A stretch of DNA of 10,052 bases from Candidatus Babeliales bacterium (GCA_044451405.1 JBIOKB010000031.1:1-10052), one strand, 5' to 3'. Numbered from the stretch's first letter, positions 1 through 8,147 are shown. Notes: a model not told the origin generated them from the letters alone. Translations and numbers: made by a program.

Positions 1-1146
<1,146 letters not shown>

Positions 1147-1192
1147 GAGATACTTCCGCGTACAAAACAGTGCGCCCCATGCGCGCACAACA

Positions 1193-1218
1193 AAGAGCCT
1201 GAGTTGTCTCAGGCTCTT
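1193..1218 (+). terminator. Putative intrinsic terminator hairpin after dnaK
   Basis: Perfect 11-bp stem AAGAGCCTGAG / CTCAGGCTCTT with loop TTGT; U-tract weak. A small GTGCGC/GCGCAC hairpin (1170-1188) precedes it. Confidence 0.7.
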
Positions 1219-1280
1219 GCGTTAAAAATAGCGTTTATGGCACCTTGAATAAAATAGGATATATAAAAAGAGGAGGTTGT

Positions 1281-2024
1281 GTGTCATATCTAAAAAACAT
1301 AGCGCTCGCTATGGCAATAACAAGCGGATTGTGTGTTATATATACCTATACTGCTGAAACTAAAGAAAGCGCTGCTAAGAGAAAACAACAAGAATTAGAT
1401 ACTCAATTGATAAATGCGATCTATACGCTAGATCTTACTGGTGTTAAACAAGCACTTGCTCAAGGCGCTAACGCTAATCAAACCATAGGGGAAGATAATC
1501 GCCCATATCTTATATATGAAACATATAGCAATACAACAAGTCATGAACCTACTAAAGTTCTCAAGAGTGGATTAACGGTACAGGAAACGGTAAGTGCTAT
1601 TATTACTGAATTAGTCAAACATGGAGCTCAGGCTGATTATAGAACTTTAGAACAGATTATATTCAGTTATCCTGAAGACCCATATCCATTACAAGTACTT
1701 ATCGGCCTTGGAGTAAATATAAATCAAAGATCTGACACCGGAGTAACTCTTTTAATGAATGCAGCTGATCTGAGTAATTTAGCCGCATTTGACCTCTTGC
1801 TCTCTAATGGTGCTGATATTAATGCTATAGATAGTAAAGGCAATGATATAATGTATTACATAGATACAGGACTGGACACTGAATCCGCAGAAAGAGATAC
1901 CATGCGTAAGCATCTCAAAACATATAGAGAACTTCAGGAAGCAGCAAAAAAAGGACAAGCGGAATCAGGAAACCCTCTCATACAAACAGTCACTGATTAT
2001 CTTGGTGCAGGCGCTACTGAGTGA
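1281..2024 (+). CDS. Ankyrin-repeat protein with N-terminal signal peptide (~247 aa)
   Basis: Ankyrin-like INQRSDTGVTLLMNAADLSNLAAFDLLLSNGADINAIDSKGND plus degenerate repeats (LAQGANAN, LVKHGA). GTG at 1281 follows AGGAGG (1271-1276), so it is preferred over TTG 1245. N-terminus MSYLKNIALAMAITSGLCVIYTYTA is signal-like. Confidence 0.88.
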   Translation: MSYLKNIALAMAITSGLCVIYTYTAETKESAAKRKQQELDTQLINAIYTLDLTGVKQALAQGANANQTIGEDNRPYLIYETYSNTTSHEPTKVLKSGLTVQETVSAIITELVKHGAQADYRTLEQIIFSYPEDPYPLQVLIGLGVNINQRSDTGVTLLMNAADLSNLAAFDLLLSNGADINAIDSKGNDIMYYIDTGLDTESAERDTMRKHLKTYRELQEAAKKGQAESGNPLIQTVTDYLGAGATE

Positions 2025-2046
2025 AAACACTTACAATCGAACAAGC

Positions 2047-2082
2047 AAAAAGCCCTGAAGGTTATTCCCTTCGGGGCTTTTT
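2047..2082. terminator. Bidirectional intrinsic terminator between convergent genes
   Basis: AAAAAGCCCTGAAGG-ttattc-CCTTCGGGGCTTTTT: GC stem flanked by A5 and T5. Confidence 0.9.
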
Positions 2083-2102
2083 AGATTCATTATAAATGGG
2101 AA

Positions 2103-2351
2103 TTAGCGTGATTCACACTTACAATCACAGCCACATTGGCCCGTCAAGCGCATAATAAACTTAACAAGGCAAATAGCGCCAGAAATACCAATAATGTACT
2201 CAATAGCAGTCATCCAGCCCATTCCCATACCAGTCATCATAAAATCTGATCTGAAGAAATCGTAGCCTAACGGCATTAACCCAGTGTTGATCGCAGCAAG
2301 AACAACGATAAGAAAAGCAATCTTGCATACCAAATGTAGAGGTGACATCAT
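2103..2351 (-). CDS. Small two-TM membrane protein, DUF378-like, with Met-rich loop and Cys-rich tail
   Basis: IAFLIVVLAAINTGL...IEYIIGISGAICL resembles the DUF378 pattern (LVIIGALNWGL...IYILVGLSG), recalled from memory. SD GGGAG (2357-2361) precedes ATG 2351/2348. Confidence 0.75.
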   Translation of the reverse strand: MMSPLHLVCKIAFLIVVLAAINTGLMPLGYDFFRSDFMMTGMGMGWMTAIEYIIGISGAICLVKFIMRLTGQCGCDCKCESR

Positions 2352-2462
2352 AAACGCTCCCTGATAAAACATGTATTAAAATATAATAACCATTACTTAT
2401 TTCGTACCACGCCAGGGTAAAAAAATGCAATAGATCACTACCATTTGAATAAACCAGATTTT

Positions 2463-2522
2463 TAACGCACACTAAATAGTGGGCGTAATGCACACCAATA
2501 GTGCGCTTTACGCCCACCAGTA
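2463..2522. repeat. Tandem degenerate palindromic units in divergent intergenic region
   Basis: TAACGCACACTAAATAGTGGGCG (2463-2485), TAATGCACACCAATAGTGCGCT (2486-2507), partial TTACGCCCACCAGTA; perfect inverted repeat GTGGGCGTAA (2479-2488) / TTACGCCCAC (2508-2517). Confidence 0.65.
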
Positions 2523-2559
2523 ACAGTATGTTAATCGAACAAATAAAGAATGGAAATTC

Positions 2560-3672
2560 ATGAGTATTCAAGCAGGCCTTGTCGGGTTACCCAACGTGGG
2601 GAAATCAACCCTTTTTAATGCACTTACCAAATCAAGTATCCCCGCAGAAAATTATCCCTTTTGCACCATAGACCCCCATGTTGCCATCACCAACGTCCCC
2701 GATCTACGCCTTGATAAGCTTGCGGCCATCTATGGATCACAAAAACTCATCCCTGCTTCAGTCACCTTTGTTGATATTGCAGGACTTGTAAAAGGTGCTG
2801 CTACCGGCCAAGGATTAGGCAACCAATTTTTAAGCCATATCCGCGAAGTTGATTGCATCCTCCATGTACTCCGCTGCTTTGATGATCCTAATATCATACA
2901 CACTGATAACAAGGTAGACCCTCTTGCTGATTATGAAATTATCATGGCAGAGCTCATGCTCAAAGATATTGAGTCTCTTGAAAAACGTATTCCCAAAGTT
3001 GAACGTGATGTTAAAATTAATCAAAACAAGCCAAAAGAATTAAAAGAATCAACTGAAGAATTAATGCTCTTGAAACAGCTCATGCAAACCCTCAATACGG
3101 GCGATGCTGATGGCGCTCGTGCGTTAGTTAGCAACGCTACCATTACCACCATCCCCCTGCTTTCAACTAAAAATTTCTTAATAATTGCTAATATTGCAGA
3201 AGATGAGCTTGAAAACGATGCGTATAAAAATAATCCCCATTACCGAGCAGTAGTCCAACGCTTTGGCACCGAGCTGGTAATTCCGGTATCAGCAAAAGTC
3301 GAATACGAACTGTCCCAACTTTCTGACCCGCAAGCACATGAAATGATGGCCATGTTGGGTTTGAAAGAAAAAAGTCTCGATTCCATTATTCGCCAAACCT
3401 ACAAAGAGCTCGGGCTTATCACCTTCTTTACCTGCGGACCAAAAGAAGCACACGCCTGGCCATTGCGCAAAGGAACTACCGTGCGTGCAGCCGCCGGGGA
3501 AATCCACTCTGATTTAGAGCGCGGTTTTATTTGTGCTGACGTATTTAACTGCAAAGATCTCTTTGAACTGGGCAGTGAAGTGGCCATTAAAGATAAAGGC
3601 CGCATGCGCCGCGAAGGACAAGAGTATATCGTGCAGGATGGTGATTTACTGAACATTAAGTTTAACGTGTAA
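2560..3672 (+). CDS. ychF: Ribosome-binding ATPase YchF (Obg family)
   Basis: GLVGLPNVGKSTLFNALT, ENYPFCTIDP, DIAGLVKGA..G.GLGNQFLSHIRE, C-terminal TGS-like domain AAGEIHSDLERGFI...EYIVQDGD...KFNV. Confidence 0.99.
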   Translation: MSIQAGLVGLPNVGKSTLFNALTKSSIPAENYPFCTIDPHVAITNVPDLRLDKLAAIYGSQKLIPASVTFVDIAGLVKGAATGQGLGNQFLSHIREVDCILHVLRCFDDPNIIHTDNKVDPLADYEIIMAELMLKDIESLEKRIPKVERDVKINQNKPKELKESTEELMLLKQLMQTLNTGDADGARALVSNATITTIPLLSTKNFLIIANIAEDELENDAYKNNPHYRAVVQRFGTELVIPVSAKVEYELSQLSDPQAHEMMAMLGLKEKSLDSIIRQTYKELGLITFFTCGPKEAHAWPLRKGTTVRAAAGEIHSDLERGFICADVFNCKDLFELGSEVAIKDKGRMRREGQEYIVQDGDLLNIKFNV

Positions 3673-3679
3673 AGAGAAT

Positions 3680-4141
3680 ATGATGACTAAATCTATTGTT
3701 GTATGCTTAGCCTGTCTTTGTTGTCACACCCACTGTACTTTCGGATGTGAGGTTGAAAAGCATGCGTGTCCAAAAGAAAGTAGTTCCGCACTGAAAAAAG
3801 CATTAGATCAAAAAATGGAAGAATATGTACAAGAACTGCTCAAGATACAAAAATCGCCTGAATTACAATCAACCGCTGAAAGCTACTCACGCCATCTGGC
3901 TTGCTTGCAAGAACGGTTGGATGAAGCAACTCATACAAAACTGGCCAAGATCGCTGCCTGTGCTGGCAACATAGTATTCTATCAACAGCGCCTGGTGAAT
4001 TGCATGAATGCGCAACTCATGGATCTTTTTGATGAACAACGAGATACCAAAGTTAGCGCAGTACCACTTGAGCGTGTGGCAGAAATAAATGCTCAGCTGC
4101 TTGCTTCTTTTAAAGAAGATACAAGAGAAGCTACGATATAA
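3680..4141 (+). CDS. Hypothetical helical protein with Cys-rich signal-like N-terminus (153 aa)
   Basis: Starts 7 nt after the ychF stop; MMTKSIVVCLACLCCHTHCTFG followed by charged helical sequence; no recognisable domain. Confidence 0.7.
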   Translation: MMTKSIVVCLACLCCHTHCTFGCEVEKHACPKESSSALKKALDQKMEEYVQELLKIQKSPELQSTAESYSRHLACLQERLDEATHTKLAKIAACAGNIVFYQQRLVNCMNAQLMDLFDEQRDTKVSAVPLERVAEINAQLLASFKEDTREATI

Positions 4142-4145
4142 ATTT

Positions 4146-4199
4146 ACCTCCTACTACACGGGGGAGCCGGTTATAAAACCAAGCTCCCCCATAGGAGGT
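4146..4199. other. Long interrupted hairpin immediately after the 3680-4141 stop (possible + strand terminator)
   Basis: ACCTCCTA(4146-4153)/TAGGAGGT(4192-4199), GGGGGAGC(4160-4167)/GCTCCCCC(4183-4190), GGTT/AACC with loop ATAA; followed by TATCATTTTT. Confidence 0.7.
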
Positions 4200-4254
4200 T
4201 ATCATTTTTAAAAAACTCTCATGTATATAGTGTACCTGGGTTATAAAGGCGTGC

Positions 4255-4287
4255 AAAAGCCCCCCGAGGATATGCTCCTAGAGGGGC
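4255..4287 (-). terminator. Intrinsic terminator downstream of orphan A
   Basis: Minus strand reads GCCCCTC-T-AGGA-GCATA-TCCT-C-GGGGGGC-TTTT. Confidence 0.75.
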
Positions 4288-4408
4288 CAAAGATCATAAT
4301 TACATATAGAAAACTTAATTACGTCTACCTGCGCCTGCTACCAATACCGCCCGTGAGCCACTCATTGGTTTTTTATATTCGTATGGTTCTGGACGTCTGT
4401 TTTGTTCT

Positions 4409-5716
4409 TCATGTATTGGTCGGCATTGGCCCATCACAATATTCAATACGTCTGTTTTTCTTATCACCATGACGCTGCAACAAGAAATCTCCTGTACGAT
4501 CCAGTGCTCGCACTTGCCCATCAAGATGCGTATATGTTTGTCCTATTTGATCAAGACAGGTTATCGATCTTCTAATAGTTGCAAGTTCTGTTTCTGCAGC
4601 ATGTCCAATAAGCGCTATTCCATCTTGTCGTAATTGCTGAACCTCGTGAAGATTAATAGCAGACAATTTCTTTTTTAACTCTTCTACTGTTGCAGTATCG
4701 TAACGATGGTTTAGCCCTTTTATTTGCGATTCTATTTCTTTTAATTTTTCCCCTTGTGCTGCTACTACATCAACTCGAGCTTTAAATTTTCCATATGGAG
4801 ATTGAGAATCAACTGATTGCATGTATGCAGCAACATAATTTCCTGCCGCATAAGCACCATTACCAACCCTTCGTACGCCATCTACTAATACTGGTCCTGC
4901 AGTTTGAGCAACAGATACAACACCATTACCAACTGCCACTACACCATTTGCCATTGCACGACCAACTACCGGAGCTGTTTCTTGAATTTGTGTTAGTGCT
5001 AAAGAACCCGCTTGACCTACAGCATGTGCAGCTGCTGACCCTGTCTCTACAAGTTGTTGTTGCGTAGGAAGACGATCAGCAACTACTCCTACAGCGTGAG
5101 CAGTCGCTGAGTATGTTGCTGAGCCAGCCGCATAGGCTGCTTGTCCTGCTTGTTGCGCTATTTCCATCGCTATCGCTGCACTTCTTTTTGATTCAGCCTG
5201 AACTGGTTGCTCTGCAGGTGCTGGTTGAGCAACAGGTTGCGGTGTAGGTAGAGCTGACGGGAGTTGCATAATTGGTTGTTGAACTTGTAAAACAGGTTGA
5301 ACTACAGGCTGAGCTGCAGGCTGCGACATTTGAGTTGAAAGAACAGGAAAAGTTGTTGACACTCCTGGAACCAGTGGAAATAGCCTGTCTTCGTCTTCCT
5401 GATTTGGTTGAGAATCTAATTGTAAGCCTAATTGGCTCGTAGGAGGCGTTGTCGTTACCGGTTGTGATGGTGGCGTTGGAGGTTGTGGCGCTCTTACATC
5501 AGCCGCAGGTTGATCGCCTCTATTGCGCGCAGAGAACAACTTCCATAACCCAAAAGCACCGCAACAGGCAATAACTGCCGCGCTAACTGCATAAACTGTA
5601 TTTCTTGATTGTGGTGAAAACCACCCTGAGATAGTGTTCCATACACCGCCATGTAATGGAAGCACTGTTTGAAGTGCTAGAGCAAGCACCACACCATATT
5701 TCATCTGTTTAAACAT
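4409..5716 (-). CDS. Orphan A: signal peptide + TM anchor, Pro/Gln linker, Ala/Gly/Val-rich repeats, C-terminal helical domain (~435 aa)
   Basis: Long ORF. SD AGAGG (5726-5730) lies 9 nt before ATG 5716 (alternative 5722), so the track start 5830 is probably too long. N-terminus MFKQMKYGVVLALALQTVLPLHG-GVWNTISGWF...AVSAAVIACCGAFGLWKLF. Confidence 0.85.
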   Translation of the reverse strand: MFKQMKYGVVLALALQTVLPLHGGVWNTISGWFSPQSRNTVYAVSAAVIACCGAFGLWKLFSARNRGDQPAADVRAPQPPTPPSQPVTTTPPTSQLGLQLDSQPNQEDEDRLFPLVPGVSTTFPVLSTQMSQPAAQPVVQPVLQVQQPIMQLPSALPTPQPVAQPAPAEQPVQAESKRSAAIAMEIAQQAGQAAYAAGSATYSATAHAVGVVADRLPTQQQLVETGSAAAHAVGQAGSLALTQIQETAPVVGRAMANGVVAVGNGVVSVAQTAGPVLVDGVRRVGNGAYAAGNYVAAYMQSVDSQSPYGKFKARVDVVAAQGEKLKEIESQIKGLNHRYDTATVEELKKKLSAINLHEVQQLRQDGIALIGHAAETELATIRRSITCLDQIGQTYTHLDGQVRALDRTGDFLLQRHGDKKNRRIEYCDGPMPTNT

Positions 5717-5876
5717 ATACATAAACCTCTTTTCAATAAGACTTAAAAAATTACCTACGCAGATGACTCTGCATTCATATACAAAATTATGGGTATTTAA
5801 AGAGAGGATTCGATTGGCTGCTTCCTGCATCTCCCAAACTAGGGCTGATGAGGTGCCTGATTACTACGTACTTAGT

Positions 5877-5905
5877 AGTGTATAATAACTTATTGAACGC
5901 TGCAA
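5877..5905 (-). promoter_or_regulatory. Candidate sigma70 promoter for orphan A
   Basis: Minus strand TTGCAG (5905-5900)-N17-TACACT (5882-5877). Confidence 0.4.
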
Positions 5906-5920
5906 TAGCATACGGGCTTG

Positions 5921-6676
5921 CTATCTCTTTCTAGCAAGCTCTCTCTGGTTAAATCGATCTATTGCCAACGTATCGAACCTAAAGTGCTCCGGTTGTTTAT
6001 CCGGCTTCCCCTTAGGTGTGATCACCGCTGATTCTGTGCCCACTGCTGGCTTATCATAGCCTTCAAGTGTTACCGAACTTTCTTCTAGAAAATCATCAAA
6101 TTCTTCTTGATCTAATTCTCTTACGGCATCTTCATATGCTGGAGTTTTTTTCATCCTCTCAACTTCTTTATCAGCTTCATCATCCGATTCTTCATCAGAA
6201 ACAAGTACTGATGCCGCTAAAAACCGTATGTCCGATTCATCACCTTCTTCTTCACTCACAATTGCTGCGTCCGCACCTTCAGCGCTACCTACCAGCCGTG
6301 GGGATTTTGGCGTATGAGGAAGATTATCAAAGGGTTCAACGAGTGAAGAGGCATGAGCTAAAGAAGTTTGCCCATTCCCCTGACCTTCTTCTTTTGCCAG
6401 CACAGGAGGAAACACGCTGGTCGCTGGTTGAATTGGATCCCCTGTAGGTGCTGGTGGAATATGTGTAGATGATGGCGGTGTTACCTTCTTATGCGCAGAA
6501 AAATTATACCATGCAATCAGGGCAAGTAATGCTGCACAGACTGCAGCGCCGCTTATAATAAAGACTCTGTTTTCTGGCTTATTCCACAACGCTATAGCAT
6601 CGTTTGCATGTAATAAAGGTGAGGTGATTAAGGATACGAGCGCTACGCTCAGCATGAATTTTTTGATGATCTGCAT
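5921..6676 (-). CDS. Orphan B: signal peptide + TM anchor, Pro-rich then acidic low-complexity tail (251 aa)
   Basis: MQIIKKFMLSVALVSLITSPLLHA-NDAIALWNKPENRVFIISGAAVCAALLALIAWYNFSAHKK; tracts SEEEGDESD, SDEESDDE, DQEEFDDFLEES. Confidence 0.85.
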   Translation of the reverse strand: MQIIKKFMLSVALVSLITSPLLHANDAIALWNKPENRVFIISGAAVCAALLALIAWYNFSAHKKVTPPSSTHIPPAPTGDPIQPATSVFPPVLAKEEGQGNGQTSLAHASSLVEPFDNLPHTPKSPRLVGSAEGADAAIVSEEEGDESDIRFLAASVLVSDEESDDEADKEVERMKKTPAYEDAVRELDQEEFDDFLEESSVTLEGYDKPAVGTESAVITPKGKPDKQPEHFRFDTLAIDRFNQRELARKR

Positions 6677-6713
6677 GATAATCGCCTATAATAATGTGGT
6701 TATTAGTATGAAA

Positions 6714-6741
6714 ACTATAGCACATACGCCATTTTTGTTAA
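6714..6741 (-). promoter_or_regulatory. Candidate sigma70 promoter (extended -10) for orphan B
   Basis: Minus strand TTAACA (6741-6736)-N16-TATAGT (6719-6714) with TGn directly before the -10; just downstream of the C terminator. Confidence 0.5.
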
Positions 6742-6752
6742 CCAGCCACGTT

Positions 6753-6794
6753 AAAAAGCACAAGGGCTGTATGATTTTCACCATACAGCCCTTG
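6753..6794 (-). terminator. Intrinsic terminator after orphan C
   Basis: Perfect 13-bp inverted repeat CAAGGGCTGTATG (6761-6773) / CATACAGCCCTTG (6782-6794), followed on the minus strand by TGCTTTTT. Confidence 0.85.
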
Positions 6795-6821
6795 GTTTTA
6801 GTTCTGATTAAGAATTATATA

Positions 6822-8105
6822 TTAGCTTGCTCGTTTACTTTCTGCTCTACGTTCAGCTTGTTGTTGTTGAGCTTGAAGTTGTGAAACTGGTGATACAGAT
6901 TTAGTTTCACGTTTTTTCTTTTCAAGAACTGCTTGACAGTAGTTCCAATGTGCTTGGAAATCTATGCCACATTGCTCTGTAAACTGTCTGTAGCCGCCTT
7001 CTAAATGAGATAGATTATTTTGCAACTGAGTCACAGTTGAAAAATGTGCTTTATCAGATTCATTTTCATGTTCTTGTAATCGACTACCTAAATGCTCTTT
7101 TAATCTATAAAGCCCGTTTTGTAATTCTACAATTCTCAAGAATTGAGGAAGCATAATATCCACATTAGGATGTGTAGATAAGTTCACTTTAAAACCTCGC
7201 AACAAGTTTTTTGCACTCCCAAGTCTAAGAGATTTTTCATCAAGAGCCTTTTCAACAGCTTGAAAGTTAATTTCATGGAATTCAATCGCATCTTTAACTT
7301 GTTCTTGAAGCTTTATAACTTCTCCATTGGGAATAGTGCCTTTGGCACCTGCAAGCCCTAAAAGAGCTGATAACCCTGTTGATGCACCATTTGCAAGAGT
7401 AGATCTTATTGATGTTGCTGTACCTACTACGGTAGGTGAAGTAACAACATTATACACACCATTCGCGCCAGCTGCTGCTGTTTGTCCTGCAATCGCTAAT
7501 CCATTCATTGTCATAGTTCCAGCTGTTGCCATCATCCCTGGTGCCTTATCAGCAATAGTCTGCGCCGCTGAACTTACAGCACTAGCAGCAGTTTGAGCCA
7601 CTGATTGTGCTCCATTTGCTACTGTCTGTATCGCTTGCGCCGTCATAGTACCATTCGCTGCTGATGGAGAATTTCTATCAACATCCTGATATTGAACATA
7701 GAAAGCTTGTTGTTCTGCGCTAGCCTGTTGTTCTTCTCTAGTTTTTCTTTCTTGTTCAGCTCTAGCTTTTTCATCAGCATTTGCAGGCTTATCCATCCAT
7801 TGAGCATAAAAAGCTTGCCCTTCTCCAGATTGCGCCGCTTGTTCTGCTTCTTTTCTTTGTCGTTCAGCTTTAACTCTAACTTCTACTGCTTTCTGTTTCT
7901 TCGCCCACAGTGAATACACACCAAAGCATGCACCAACTGCTGCCACTAAACCTGCCGCAACAATCCCTGCAGTTCGTTTTGATTCTGCTGGAATAGCGTT
8001 AAACCAGTTAGTGAAATTTGACCACATACCTGCATGTGCTGGCATTGCTGCTTGCAAGCCAAGCGCACACACTACTGTGTACATTAGTTTCTTATTCATA
8101 TTCAT
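6822..8105 (-). CDS. Orphan C: probable paralog of A; signal peptide + TM anchor, 36-aa repeat, 11-mer Ala/Thr repeats, helical C-terminus (~427 aa)
   Basis: SD GAGG (8112-8115) lies 6 nt before ATG 8105. MNMNKKLMYTVVCALGLQAAMPAHA-GMWSNFTNWF...IVAAGLVAAVGACFGVYSLWAKKQK; shares NGxxSVAQTA with A. Confidence 0.87.
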   Translation of the reverse strand: MNMNKKLMYTVVCALGLQAAMPAHAGMWSNFTNWFNAIPAESKRTAGIVAAGLVAAVGACFGVYSLWAKKQKAVEVRVKAERQRKEAEQAAQSGEGQAFYAQWMDKPANADEKARAEQERKTREEQQASAEQQAFYVQYQDVDRNSPSAANGTMTAQAIQTVANGAQSVAQTAASAVSSAAQTIADKAPGMMATAGTMTMNGLAIAGQTAAAGANGVYNVVTSPTVVGTATSIRSTLANGASTGLSALLGLAGAKGTIPNGEVIKLQEQVKDAIEFHEINFQAVEKALDEKSLRLGSAKNLLRGFKVNLSTHPNVDIMLPQFLRIVELQNGLYRLKEHLGSRLQEHENESDKAHFSTVTQLQNNLSHLEGGYRQFTEQCGIDFQAHWNYCQAVLEKKKRETKSVSPVSQLQAQQQQAERRAESKRAS

Positions 8106-8147
8106 ATACAACCTCATTTGGTTAAAAATGTTTCCTATACAATTCTT

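Noticed and set aside
2469-2510. NrdR box or CIRCE (HrcA) match
   Set aside because: ACACTAAATAGTG is 2 nt short of the NrdR palindrome and no nrd gene is adjacent; it does not fit TTAGCACTC-N9-GAGTGCTAA.
4221-4472. 83-aa + strand ORF
   Set aside because: Runs through the terminator and overlaps A antisense; SD too distant; no protein features.
4315-4524. 69-aa minus ORF as an independent gene
   Set aside because: Overlaps A by more than 110 nt without an SD; better explained as A's frameshifted tail.
5717-5830. N-terminal extension of A in the ORF track (likewise starts 1245, 2372, 8117)
   Set aside because: Downstream starts have better-placed SD sequences and, for A, C and the ankyrin gene, put the signal peptide at the N-terminus.
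5845-5858. CTGATGAG, resembling a hammerhead core or the 3' end of a fluoride riboswitch
   Set aside because: No stem II plus GAAA downstream, no matching fluoride 5' element, and no sense gene downstream on the + strand.
5814-5860. Minus-strand TCAGG...AGGAAGCAGCCAA resembling SRP (4.5S) RNA helix 8
   Set aside because: In SRP RNA the two halves flank a short stem and GNRA tetraloop; here they are ~29 nt apart and no long enclosing helix is visible.
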